Under the pieces are notes generated by a model that made no database searches, was not told the DNA's origin, and was given only the letters and a program-made list of their open reading frames with translations. DNA of 39,674 bases. Source: Cellvibrionales bacterium (GTDB lineage: Bacteria; Pseudomonadota; Gammaproteobacteria; Pseudomonadales; UBA7434). This document shows, one piece after another, positions 31,166 through 39,674 of the stretch. A program made the translations under genes and the position numbers. The stretch's first letter is position 1, and the number at the start of each line of letters is the position of its first letter. The stretch spans positions 1 to 39,674 of the forward strand of contig PBSZ01000091.1 of the NCBI GenBank assembly GCA_002726445.1, in the 5' to 3' direction.

Positions 31166-31822
31166 ATGATGAGCATATCCTCACAGACTATTCAGTCGAT
31201 TAGAAAAATTATTAGCTGCTGGGCATTTTTCATGGTAACAGCTTGTTCGGCTGAAAAATCCAGTATCGACCAACCCTTAGTGGCAGAATTAGATGCCAAT
31301 CCAGTAGCCGCTAACATCGATGTCGTCATTGTCACCAATCAGGGCGATATCAGCCTCAGCTTAAACGCCGAGCAAGCGCCCCTTTCGGTCGCCAACTTTC
31401 TTAGTTATGTCGATAGCGGCTTTTACCAGCAAACTATTTTTCATCGCGTGATTGATAACTTCATGATTCAAGGCGGCGGCTTCGACCCAGCCATGAAAAA
31501 GAAAACTACTCAAGCGGCGATTAACAATGAAGCGGATAATGGCCTATTCAACGCTATCGGGACGATTGCCATGGCAAGAACTAATGCGCCTCACTCTGCG
31601 ACTAGTCAATTCTTTATCAATGTCAACGATAATGCCTTTTTAAATCACCGTGGCAAAAATGCTGCCGGCTGGGGTTATGCGGTATTTGGTCAAGTTACCG
31701 CAGGAATGGATGTCGTTAACGCCATAAAGAGCGTACCAACGGGTCGCCTCAACGGCATGGGCGATGTTCCCAATACGCCCATTATTATTGAGCGTATCAG
31801 CCGAATCAGCAACGCCGAGTAA
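31166..31822 (+). CDS. Cyclophilin-type peptidyl-prolyl cis-trans isomerase, probable lipoprotein
   Basis: FHRVIDNFMIQGGG, AMART, SATSQFFIN and YAVFG; N-terminal lipobox-like VTAC. Confidence 0.93.
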   Translation: MMSISSQTIQSIRKIISCWAFFMVTACSAEKSSIDQPLVAELDANPVAANIDVVIVTNQGDISLSLNAEQAPLSVANFLSYVDSGFYQQTIFHRVIDNFMIQGGGFDPAMKKKTTQAAINNEADNGLFNAIGTIAMARTNAPHSATSQFFINVNDNAFLNHRGKNAAGWGYAVFGQVTAGMDVVNAIKSVPTGRLNGMGDVPNTPIIIERISRISNAE

Positions 31823-31839
31823 GACAGGCAAATAGCCTT

Positions 31840-32664
31840 ATGAAAAAAAATCATAGCCCGATAGCACTCAGCGTCAATTTAAATAAAATTGCCCTGATTA
31901 GAAATTCAAGGCCGGGCAATAATCCCGACCTTTTGGCCTACGCCAGACAATTACTGATTGCTGGCGCCAATGGCCTCACTGTTCACCCACGCCCAGACCA
32001 GCGGCACATACGACCCGAAGATTGCTATCAAATAAAAGCCATGCTTGACGAACTCAATCACAGTCGTGACCAATCAATGATTGAATTTAACATTGAGGGT
32101 AATCCATTTACCGAGTTTTGTGCCGCACCAAGAGATGACTTTAACGACTATCCCGGCTTCATAGAAATACTCGCCAAAGCTCAGCCAGACCAAGCCACAC
32201 TCGTGCCTGACAGCGATAGCCAGTTAACCTCTGACCATGGGTTTGATCTTAGTGGTGAAACCACTGCATTAGAAAATATAATCGCAAAAATCCATCAGCT
32301 TGGTTGTCGCGTCAGTTTGTTTATGGATCCAGACCCAGAACAGATTCGCCGCGCTAAGGATATTGGCGCCGATCGCATTGAGCTCTATACGGGGCCATAC
32401 GCTGACGCCTTTACTGAAGCGTTACTCAGTGGTAACACTCGCCACGCAGACAAATTATTTAAGCAACATGTTAGCGCTGCTGAGCAAGCGGAAAAACTAG
32501 GCCTAGGTGTTAATGCAGGCCATGATTTAAATTTACACAACCTTCCCCAATATCAGCAACTGCCACAATTACTCGAAGTGTCGATCGGTCACGCATTGAC
32601 GATTGACTCACTGGAGTTGGGCTTAGAAAAAGCCATCAAAGCCTACTGCGATATTCTTCGCTAA
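31840..32664 (+). CDS. pdxJ: Pyridoxine 5'-phosphate synthase
   Basis: LSVNLNKIALIRNSR, TVHPRPDQRHI, FNIEG, TLVPD, IELYTG, NAGHDL and EVSIGH. Confidence 0.95.
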   Translation: MKKNHSPIALSVNLNKIALIRNSRPGNNPDLLAYARQLLIAGANGLTVHPRPDQRHIRPEDCYQIKAMLDELNHSRDQSMIEFNIEGNPFTEFCAAPRDDFNDYPGFIEILAKAQPDQATLVPDSDSQLTSDHGFDLSGETTALENIIAKIHQLGCRVSLFMDPDPEQIRRAKDIGADRIELYTGPYADAFTEALLSGNTRHADKLFKQHVSAAEQAEKLGLGVNAGHDLNLHNLPQYQQLPQLLEVSIGHALTIDSLELGLEKAIKAYCDILR

Positions 32665-32684
32665 GTACTGATTATCACTAATTA

Positions 32685-33272
32685 CTAGTCATTATCAGGC
32701 AAATAAGCCGATAGGGACTCCACTATCGATGCTAATTCAGGCTTGTATTGAAGTAATTCTTGTCGGCTTAAGCCTTGTATTTCGTGCGGAAAAACCAACC
32801 ACTGATCGGTTTCATAAAGATAAAAATCAGGCCGAGTAGCAGACTTTATATGACTCGGCTTAAAATAAGGGGTGGCTATTTTTATTGTCGCGGGTGCATT
32901 ATCCGCGCAGCCTAATTGCAACTGCTTAATGACCTCAGCAATACTCAAACCAGAATCGTGAACATCATCGACAATCAGTAATTGATCATGAGACTGAATA
33001 TGCCGAACCAAATATTCAAGTCCATGCACCTCGACTTGACGTTGCTGATGACCTGAAGCGGAATAAGAAGAAGTGCGGATCGCAATATGATTAGTGCTAA
33101 TACCACAACACTCAAAAAGTTCTTGAACTGCAATACCGATAGGCGCTCCGCCACGCCAAATACCGACAATAAAGGTGGGCTTAAAACCACTGGATAAAAT
33201 TTTACTCGCTAATTTAAATGAATCTTCTAATAACTCACTGGCAGTGATGAATTGCTTAGTCACTGATTGCAT
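32685..33272 (-). CDS. Type I phosphoribosyltransferase (probable purine salvage, hypoxanthine/xanthine)
   Basis: GIWRGG, PRPP-binding LIVDDVHDSG, and WLVFPHE. Confidence 0.85.
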   Translation of the reverse strand: MQSVTKQFITASELLEDSFKLASKILSSGFKPTFIVGIWRGGAPIGIAVQELFECCGISTNHIAIRTSSYSASGHQQRQVEVHGLEYLVRHIQSHDQLLIVDDVHDSGLSIAEVIKQLQLGCADNAPATIKIATPYFKPSHIKSATRPDFYLYETDQWLVFPHEIQGLSRQELLQYKPELASIVESLSAYLPDND

Positions 33273-33275
33273 CGA

Positions 33276-35516
33276 TTAATGCTCGCTAGTACTGACCGAC
33301 AATTTCACCGGCACTGATTTAAACGCAGGCGTTTGACTACGCGCGTCTCTCGCTGAGCCAATCAACACATTGGCTTCGGGATAATACGCCATAATATCAC
33401 CGTCAGGTAAGTCAAACGGATAAACAGTCACCGCTTGCATATGACCATGGGCCGATTGAATATCAAGCTTATCACCGGCTTGAATACCCAATTGAGAAAT
33501 TTGCCTAGGGTTCATCATCACCGCCCAGCGTTGATCAACACGGCGATAGCTGTCTTTTTCTTCATAGATAATTGAATTGAATTGGCCCTCACTGCGAACG
33601 CTCATCAAACGAAATGGGAACGCCGCATCACCTAAGGCCTTAGGTAAGGGATGAACAACAAACTTAGCTTTACCGCTTTCTCGCTTAAATTCTGGGGTGT
33701 GCAGCAATCGCTGGCCAACGTGAAATTCTTGTTTAGCGATGTCGATGGTCTTTAACTGCGCCATGCCGGGCACCACAGCCGCAATCGTTTCGCGAATAGT
33801 GCGATGCGAGCGAAATACAGAAAAATCAAACGTCGGCGATAGACTTTTCTTATCACTGCGCCGGGCCATTAACTGCTCGGCAAAATGCGTCAAAATGGCA
33901 ACTTCAGAACGCACATTGCTTAGGCGGTCAATACCACCCTCGCTATAGCGAACAAAGTTAAACATTGACTCTTGCGTCGTTGGCTCTGGCTCTTCATCAC
34001 GCGCAGCTACCGGTAAAATAATAGCCTCGCTATTGTTAATGCCGTGAAGATGGCCTTTATTCAAAGTGGTGGTGAGATAAACTTTACACGCAATTTTATC
34101 AAATGCTTGTTCTGCCCAGACAGAATTGGGCGTTGCCTGGAACAAGTTACCTCCCATGATTAATGCGGCATCTATTTCACCACGATCAGCCGCCTCTAAG
34201 CAGGCCAAGGTATCGAGTCCAGGCGAGTCTTTTTTATCGGGCAAGGCAAGGCCTAACTGCTGCTCAATATTATTGAGCACCTCATCGGCCAACACAGGCT
34301 TAACGCCGATGGTACCTATTCCTTGGACATTACTGTGTCCTCGTAACGGCAATAAACCCGCAAACGGTTTTGCGATCATACCTCTGAGCAAGGCTAAATT
34401 TGAAATATACTCGACGTTTGCTACGCCGTGCTGATGATGCGTCACGCCCATACCCCAAGCAAACACGGCGTTTTTTGATTGGCTATACACTTTCGCCACC
34501 GCCTCTAATTCACCGCGAGAAACACCCGACAGCGATTCAATTTCCGACCAAGCAGTAGCGGCAATATCGTCGATAAATGACTGATAGTCTTCCGTGTGTT
34601 GCAATAAAAAATCACTGGCCACGGCGCGTCTTTCAATGACCGCTTTAGCTATACCCTTGAATACTGCTATATCAGTGCCAATATGTGGCTGCAGATAATG
34701 CGATGCAATTTCATCGCCACCAATAATCAAGGAGCGAGGACTTTTAGGTAAAGCAAAACGCACGAGGCCTGGCTCCTTAGCCGGGTTAATGACCACCACT
34801 TGGCCACCGCGAGCACGGCAGGCCTGCAGTTTATGAACAAATCGAGGATGATTCGAGGCAGGATTAGCGCCAATGACAAATATACAATCACAACCATCGA
34901 GGTCAGCTAACTCGACAGTAGAAGTCCCCACGCCAATAGTTTCTGACAGACCTACACCGGTCGCTTGGTGGCAATAGTAAGAGCAATTATTGACATTATT
35001 GGTGCCGTAGACACGCGCCAATAATTGCAGAACAAACCCCGCCTCATTAGACGAGCGACCTGAGGAATAAAAGAAACTGCGTTCAGCAGGCGTATGAGAA
35101 AAATGTTCGGCTGCCTGCTCAATAGCCCAATCCCATTCAACGGTTTCAAAATGCGTCGCATTTTTAGCTTTATATAAAGGTTTGTCTAGCCGTCCTAAAT
35201 GCTCTAATTGATGGGCGCTCAGTTCCCGGAGTTCGGCTAAGGAGTGGGTGAAAATTTCTGAAGGAATGGGAGGTTGAATATCAGTTGACTGAGCCTGAAC
35301 GCTTTTATTGCAGACCGAAGGAAAATCACCTTGCTCATTGGTCATGCCGCCCTGTTGGCCGCCCATGCCTAAACCACAAGCCTTACAGGCATTTTTAGCG
35401 GTTAACGCCTTCGCTGAATGATTCAGGCCTATGCGATTGACCGTTTTTAGGGTGTAGAGAATCTTTTTAGCGCCACCGCCAACCGCTGGTTTGACCGACT
35501 TGTCCGATGTTCCCAT
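33276..35516 (-). CDS. FdhF/YdeP-family molybdopterin oxidoreductase
   Basis: CKACGLGMGG, FYSSGRSSNEA, NNCSYYCHQ, NPASNHPR, PLRGHSNVQG, RSEGQFN, YYPEAN and TPAFKS. Confidence 0.9.
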   Translation of the reverse strand: MGTSDKSVKPAVGGGAKKILYTLKTVNRIGLNHSAKALTAKNACKACGLGMGGQQGGMTNEQGDFPSVCNKSVQAQSTDIQPPIPSEIFTHSLAELRELSAHQLEHLGRLDKPLYKAKNATHFETVEWDWAIEQAAEHFSHTPAERSFFYSSGRSSNEAGFVLQLLARVYGTNNVNNCSYYCHQATGVGLSETIGVGTSTVELADLDGCDCIFVIGANPASNHPRFVHKLQACRARGGQVVVINPAKEPGLVRFALPKSPRSLIIGGDEIASHYLQPHIGTDIAVFKGIAKAVIERRAVASDFLLQHTEDYQSFIDDIAATAWSEIESLSGVSRGELEAVAKVYSQSKNAVFAWGMGVTHHQHGVANVEYISNLALLRGMIAKPFAGLLPLRGHSNVQGIGTIGVKPVLADEVLNNIEQQLGLALPDKKDSPGLDTLACLEAADRGEIDAALIMGGNLFQATPNSVWAEQAFDKIACKVYLTTTLNKGHLHGINNSEAIILPVAARDEEPEPTTQESMFNFVRYSEGGIDRLSNVRSEVAILTHFAEQLMARRSDKKSLSPTFDFSVFRSHRTIRETIAAVVPGMAQLKTIDIAKQEFHVGQRLLHTPEFKRESGKAKFVVHPLPKALGDAAFPFRLMSVRSEGQFNSIIYEEKDSYRRVDQRWAVMMNPRQISQLGIQAGDKLDIQSAHGHMQAVTVYPFDLPDGDIMAYYPEANVLIGSARDARSQTPAFKSVPVKLSVSTSEH

Positions 35517-35548
35517 CTCAGCCTCGCTAATCGCGACTCTTCGTTTAC

Positions 35549-36415
35549 CTAAACTAGACCCTGCTGCATTTTAGCAGCCGCTACTGTGTTATACATTAAA
35601 CAGGCGATCGTCATTGGGCCCACGCCACCCGGTACGGGTGTAATCGCTGAGGCTACTTCGCTGACTGCATCGAAGTCAACATCACCGACTAAACGACTTT
35701 TACCGTCTTGTTCAATCCGATTAATACCCACATCAATCACTACAGCGCCGGGCTTCACCCAGTCAGCTTTCACAAAATGCGGGCGACCGACCGCAGCGAC
35801 TAAAATATCTGCTTGCTGACACAGTGCTTCAATATTTTTTGTCCGTGAATGTACAATCGTGACGGTGCAACTTTGTTGCAATAGCAACAGTGCCATCGGC
35901 TTGCCGACGATATTGGAGCGTCCGATAACCACCGCATGCTTACCGCTCAAATCACCGAGTCGGTCTTGTAACATCATCAGAGAACCCAGTGGCGTACAGG
36001 GAACCATTTGATTTTCACCAACGGTTAAAGCACCGACGTTTTCGACATGAAAACCGTCGACATCTTTAGCCGGCGAAATAGCTGCTAACACGGCTTTATC
36101 ATTAATCTGCTCCGGCACCGGCAGTTGCACAAGGATACCGTGCACTGCACTGTCGTTATTCAGCTCATCAATTAAGGCCAATAGCGCTTCTTCAGTGGTA
36201 TCGTCACCGAGGCGGTGCTCGATGGAGCGAATTCCTAATTGCTCACAACGCCGTACTTTATTACGAACATAAACTTGGCTGGCGGGGTCTTCGCCGACTA
36301 GCACTACAGCAATACAGGGCAATAACTGATGCTGGGCCTCTAATTCACTGACTTCAGCTTTTAATTTCTCACATAGGTCATCGGCAAACTGCTTACCATC
36401 AATCACACTCGACAC
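35549..36415 (-). CDS. folD: Bifunctional methylene-THF dehydrogenase/methenyl-THF cyclohydrolase
   Basis: [35 protein letters not shown] and [11 protein letters not shown]; GTG start after GGAG. Confidence 0.97.
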   Translation of the reverse strand: MSSVIDGKQFADDLCEKLKAEVSELEAQHQLLPCIAVVLVGEDPASQVYVRNKVRRCEQLGIRSIEHRLGDDTTEEALLALIDELNNDSAVHGILVQLPVPEQINDKAVLAAISPAKDVDGFHVENVGALTVGENQMVPCTPLGSLMMLQDRLGDLSGKHAVVIGRSNIVGKPMALLLLQQSCTVTIVHSRTKNIEALCQQADILVAAVGRPHFVKADWVKPGAVVIDVGINRIEQDGKSRLVGDVDFDAVSEVASAITPVPGGVGPMTIACLMYNTVAAAKMQQGLV

Positions 36416-36623
36416 AGATCAACTCCAAAAATTAGTTAGTTTATTCATCAAATACACAGCTACTGTAGCCAACAGAGACAGTTTACCTTGAATTCAGACC
36501 CACATAAACCACAATCAAGCCATGGCCCAAACTTAATGCAAATTAATCCTTTAAATCTCTCGCTCAGGTATGTTGGAGGTCAAACGATTGGGGCATCAAT
36601 CGACAGCTTCGAGGGCAATACTG

Positions 36624-38015
36624 ATGGATAACCAGACGATCAAGCAAGACAAAGCTGAACTGAACGCGGCTTGGGACGAGTTAATCGCTGAACTTCAATG
36701 TGCTAGGCAGGCCATTGATGATCCAGCGCTATTCCCTCCAGAGGCAAGCAGTCGCGTATTGGCCGAGGGCTATCGCTACCTAGCCGGATTTTTACACCAT
36801 GGGGTGGAGCGAACCTTTCACGAAGACGCGGATTTTCCTGTATTTCGCAATGCACTGTCAGTCATTAATAAATCCACCATTGAAAACCCCGATGCGATTT
36901 ATTTTTATGCCCCTATTGATGGCCGACAGCAATACGAAGTGACTGCGCAGTTAGACAATTTTGATCACTGGCAAGGCAAGCCCCGCGCCGCTGACCAAGT
37001 GCAGGCGCCGCAATACCTGATCTTTGAAGTGGCCGATGGACCGATGTCGGGTGACACAGGTGAATTAACAGAACTGGCAAAGGGTTTTAGAACCAGTTTT
37101 GGTCGGCTAGATAATGCCGACTTAATCGTCAGTGATGAGGGCGAGTTAAGAATTTTATTAGGCCCTGAAAAACCGGCCGGCTATGAAGGCAACTTTATCT
37201 GCACGCGTAAACCGCCCAATCAATACAGCAAAGACGGCCTCGATCGCTTTGCCACTTATATTAGCGGCAGGCAATTATTTTATGATTGGAAAAATGAGCA
37301 ATCAGTGGCCTTATCGATTCAGTCTATCGATCATATTGGCCAGCACCCCGCGCCCTTAACGCCGGTTAAAACGGCCGATCATTTGCGCCGCATGGGGGCC
37401 GTTATTCGTGGCCAAATGCACTTTTGGCTAAACTTTTACGACAAGGTATTAAATGTACATGGCAGTCATGGGCAACCCGAAGACGGTCGATTTTTCTTTC
37501 CCGTCAATGGCTATAACCGACCCAATGCCGCGTCGGGCGACACAGGCGGCGGCATGAGCACCAATGTCTATGCCGGCGGCATGTACGAATTAGCCGATGA
37601 CGAAGCACTCTATATCGAGGCAACTTACACAGGCTCGCCGATTTATGTCAGCGTTCATTTAGGAAATTTATGGGGCGAATCGCCTGATTATGCCAATCAC
37701 CAAAGTAGCCTTAATTTATTTCAGATGTACATGGGTGATGATCGTGTGCAACGTTGGATTGTTTCACACCGCGATCCAGGTATTCAAAACTGGCTAGACA
37801 CGACCGGCTTGCCAAAAGGGTTTTTATCGCATCGCTGGGCGTATTCAGAGATTCCACCCGAGAGTGAATGGCCGGTTATTGAGGCGAAAAAGATAAAACT
37901 CACTGACGTCGATCACTATATTCCTGCTGACATGCCGCGATTAAGCAAAGCCGAACGCGGGCAATCGATTGGCATTAGACAAGCGCATGTGCAACGTCGT
38001 TATCGATCGTTTTAA
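36624..38015 (+). CDS. Uncharacterised protein (DUF1214-like C-terminus)
   Basis: Long clean ORF with AEGYRYL, ENPDAIY, ESPDYANHQSSLN and HRDPGIQNWLDTTG. Start placed at ATG 36624, 8 nt after GAGGG. Confidence 0.7.
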   Translation: MDNQTIKQDKAELNAAWDELIAELQCARQAIDDPALFPPEASSRVLAEGYRYLAGFLHHGVERTFHEDADFPVFRNALSVINKSTIENPDAIYFYAPIDGRQQYEVTAQLDNFDHWQGKPRAADQVQAPQYLIFEVADGPMSGDTGELTELAKGFRTSFGRLDNADLIVSDEGELRILLGPEKPAGYEGNFICTRKPPNQYSKDGLDRFATYISGRQLFYDWKNEQSVALSIQSIDHIGQHPAPLTPVKTADHLRRMGAVIRGQMHFWLNFYDKVLNVHGSHGQPEDGRFFFPVNGYNRPNAASGDTGGGMSTNVYAGGMYELADDEALYIEATYTGSPIYVSVHLGNLWGESPDYANHQSSLNLFQMYMGDDRVQRWIVSHRDPGIQNWLDTTGLPKGFLSHRWAYSEIPPESEWPVIEAKKIKLTDVDHYIPADMPRLSKAERGQSIGIRQAHVQRRYRSF

Positions 38016-38896
38016 TCGCGCAAGCGATCAGTAAAGCGGCAGATACTTTTCCATGCCGCTGCTGCCTCAGGCACGCCAGCACTAATTAACCCGTGCCAAC
38101 CGTGAATCATCGACGGCCAACTTTCGACGATGACTGAAACGCCTGCCAAGGTCGCGCGACTGGCCAGCCGCAAGGCACTCGGCGCCATGGTGTCGTATTG
38201 CCCCACCTGTAAAAACAGCGGCGGCAACCCGTTTAATTCGGCATAACAAGGCGAAATACGCGGATCGTCTAAGGGCATTTGCTGACCGACAAAATCTCGC
38301 CCTCTATTTTGCACCCACTCAGGGGTAAGAAATGGATCGCGCGAGGTGGGATAGTCACTGACACTTAAATCAAACCAACCGGTCACTGAAACAAATGCCG
38401 CCGGCATCGCTAAACCACGATCACGCGCAGCCAATAAACTGCCTATTGCTAAACCGCCGCCACAGGATTCCCCCACCACAATAATTTTTTCAGCCGCAAC
38501 CCCTTGCGCCAGCAACGCCTCGTAAACCGCTAGGCCATCATTGTGCGCCGCGGGATAGGGTTGTTCTGGCGCCAAACGGTAATCGGGCATAATGGTACGA
38601 ATGTTTAATTGCCGGCAGATAATCTCGGCATAAAAATGGTAGTCCGACAACGGGCATGAAACCAAGGCACCACCATGAAAATACAGAGCAATAAAACCAT
38701 CATCGCGAAAATCCTGTAGATGATAGTCACCACAATTAACACCGCCATAAACTTTGATGGTTTGTTCAACATCGTCACCAACGGCATGGCCATGAAACGG
38801 CGCCATAGTTTTTCTGACACTGAGATAATCCGCTTGCGGATCGGCAAAGTCGGCAGGCACACTGCGAATAATCTGTTGGATAATGTCACTGGCCAT
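38012..38896 (-). CDS. Alpha/beta hydrolase (HSL/family IV esterase)
   Basis: HGGAL oxyanion loop, DYRLAPE.PYPAA, nucleophile motif GESCGG, D in GQYDT and H in MIHGW. Confidence 0.9.
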   Translation of the reverse strand: MASDIIQQIIRSVPADFADPQADYLSVRKTMAPFHGHAVGDDVEQTIKVYGGVNCGDYHLQDFRDDGFIALYFHGGALVSCPLSDYHFYAEIICRQLNIRTIMPDYRLAPEQPYPAAHNDGLAVYEALLAQGVAAEKIIVVGESCGGGLAIGSLLAARDRGLAMPAAFVSVTGWFDLSVSDYPTSRDPFLTPEWVQNRGRDFVGQQMPLDDPRISPCYAELNGLPPLFLQVGQYDTMAPSALRLASRATLAGVSVIVESWPSMIHGWHGLISAGVPEAAAAWKSICRFTDRLRD

Positions 38897-38928
38897 AAGA
38901 TCTCTCGACTCGGGTATCAGCGTATTAA

Positions 38929-39342
38929 CTAGGATTCATTCATAGGCGGTGTTTCAGCATGATGCTCTAAAATTTCCACTTGGTAACCGTCCGGATCTGC
39001 GACAAACGCGGCCGTGACTGGCCAGCCGTCTAATCTCACAGGCGCAGAAATCGATTCAACGCCCTGTTCCATGCAGCGCTGGTAAAGCCCTTCACAGTCA
39101 TCGGTATTAATATAAAATTTCCATAGGGCATTGCCGTGATCGATTGGGCCAGTCTCGTCATGGTGACGGGCGATTTGCAGCCTAAAACCATTTTCGCCTT
39201 CGAATAACACCTCGGTCACATTCATACCGCCAGGCTGCTCTAAGCGATGCGTAATGGTAAAGCCCAGCACCGTTTCATAAAAATGAATCGACGCGTCTAA
39301 GTCACTCACGTTAATACAAAATTGATCAAAACTGGTTTTCAT
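38929..39342 (-). CDS. VOC/glyoxalase-like protein
   Basis: NVSDLDASIHFY..VLG and FVADPDGYQVEI; AGGAG RBS. Confidence 0.88.
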   Translation of the reverse strand: MKTSFDQFCINVSDLDASIHFYETVLGFTITHRLEQPGGMNVTEVLFEGENGFRLQIARHHDETGPIDHGNALWKFYINTDDCEGLYQRCMEQGVESISAPVRLDGWPVTAAFVADPDGYQVEILEHHAETPPMNES

Positions 39343-39374
39343 ATGATCTCCTTTATTATTGATTATTTTTAAAC

Positions 39375-39674
39375 TTATACCGCTAAAACGCCGCCGTTAA
39401 CAACCAAGGTTTGGCCTGTCACCCACGACGCCTGCTCATCGATTAAGTACTGCACTGCGTGGGCTACATCAGCACCGGAGCCCAATCGTCCCGCAGGTAT
39501 GCCGCGTATTAAAGGTGCGGCAAACTCTTCGGGCACATTATCCATTAAACCCAAGGCAATCGAATTAGCCGTCACGCCATCAGCACCGACTTCACGTGCA
39601 AGATGCCGCATAAAATGCGCAGCGCCGGCTTTCGCTGTGCCGTAAAGCGATACGTTAATATCCAGACCCTGTCG
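39375..39674 (-). CDS. SDR family oxidoreductase, C-terminal part (5' end outside window)
   Basis: The frame stays open to the window edge: RQGLDINVSLYGTAKAG (YxxxK), then GVTANSI, GRLG and WVTGQTLVVNGG. Confidence 0.88.
   Translation of the reverse strand, partial: RQGLDINVSLYGTAKAGAAHFMRHLAREVGADGVTANSIALGLMDNVPEEFAAPLIRGIPAGRLGSGADVAHAVQYLIDEQASWVTGQTLVVNGGVLAV

Noticed and set aside
33276-35516. Selenocysteine formate dehydrogenase (FdhF/FdoG)
   Set aside because: There is no in-frame TGA and the motifs are YdeP-type (NNCSYYCHQ); the canonical N-terminal four-Cys spacing is not evident.

Overview
A gene-dense chromosomal window from a Gammaproteobacterium. The core genes and their order look Pseudomonadales/Cellvibrionales-like, possibly marine; this is inference only. 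Housekeeping blocks: nucleotide-sugar genes (pgi, manB, galU, manC), fabA-fabB, moaB-moeA, rpsT, rplU-rpmA-obgE-proB, dapE, PHP-yciO-scpA-scpB-rluB, yciB-yciI-SH3-cyclophilin-pdxJ, and folD-FdhF/YdeP-phosphoribosyltransferase. Accessory redox and catabolic genes are interleaved among them. The standout is a compact coenzyme F420 operon (npdG/fno-cofE-cofD-cofC::fbiC). In it the guanylyltransferase CofC is fused in frame to the two-domain radical-SAM Fo synthase as one 1104-aa ORF, and no dehydro-F420 reductase is visible. Nearby are an orphan Rieske ring-hydroxylating oxygenase with an SDR but no ferredoxin or reductase, further SDRs, a DUF1214-like protein, an atypical HSL-family esterase and a VOC protein with altered metal ligands. 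Smaller signals include a probable AUU start codon in manB, a 26-aa membrane microprotein candidate and several intergenic hairpins. I saw no tRNA, rRNA, CRISPR array or mobile element. All calls come from motif recognition by eye; no database searches were run.
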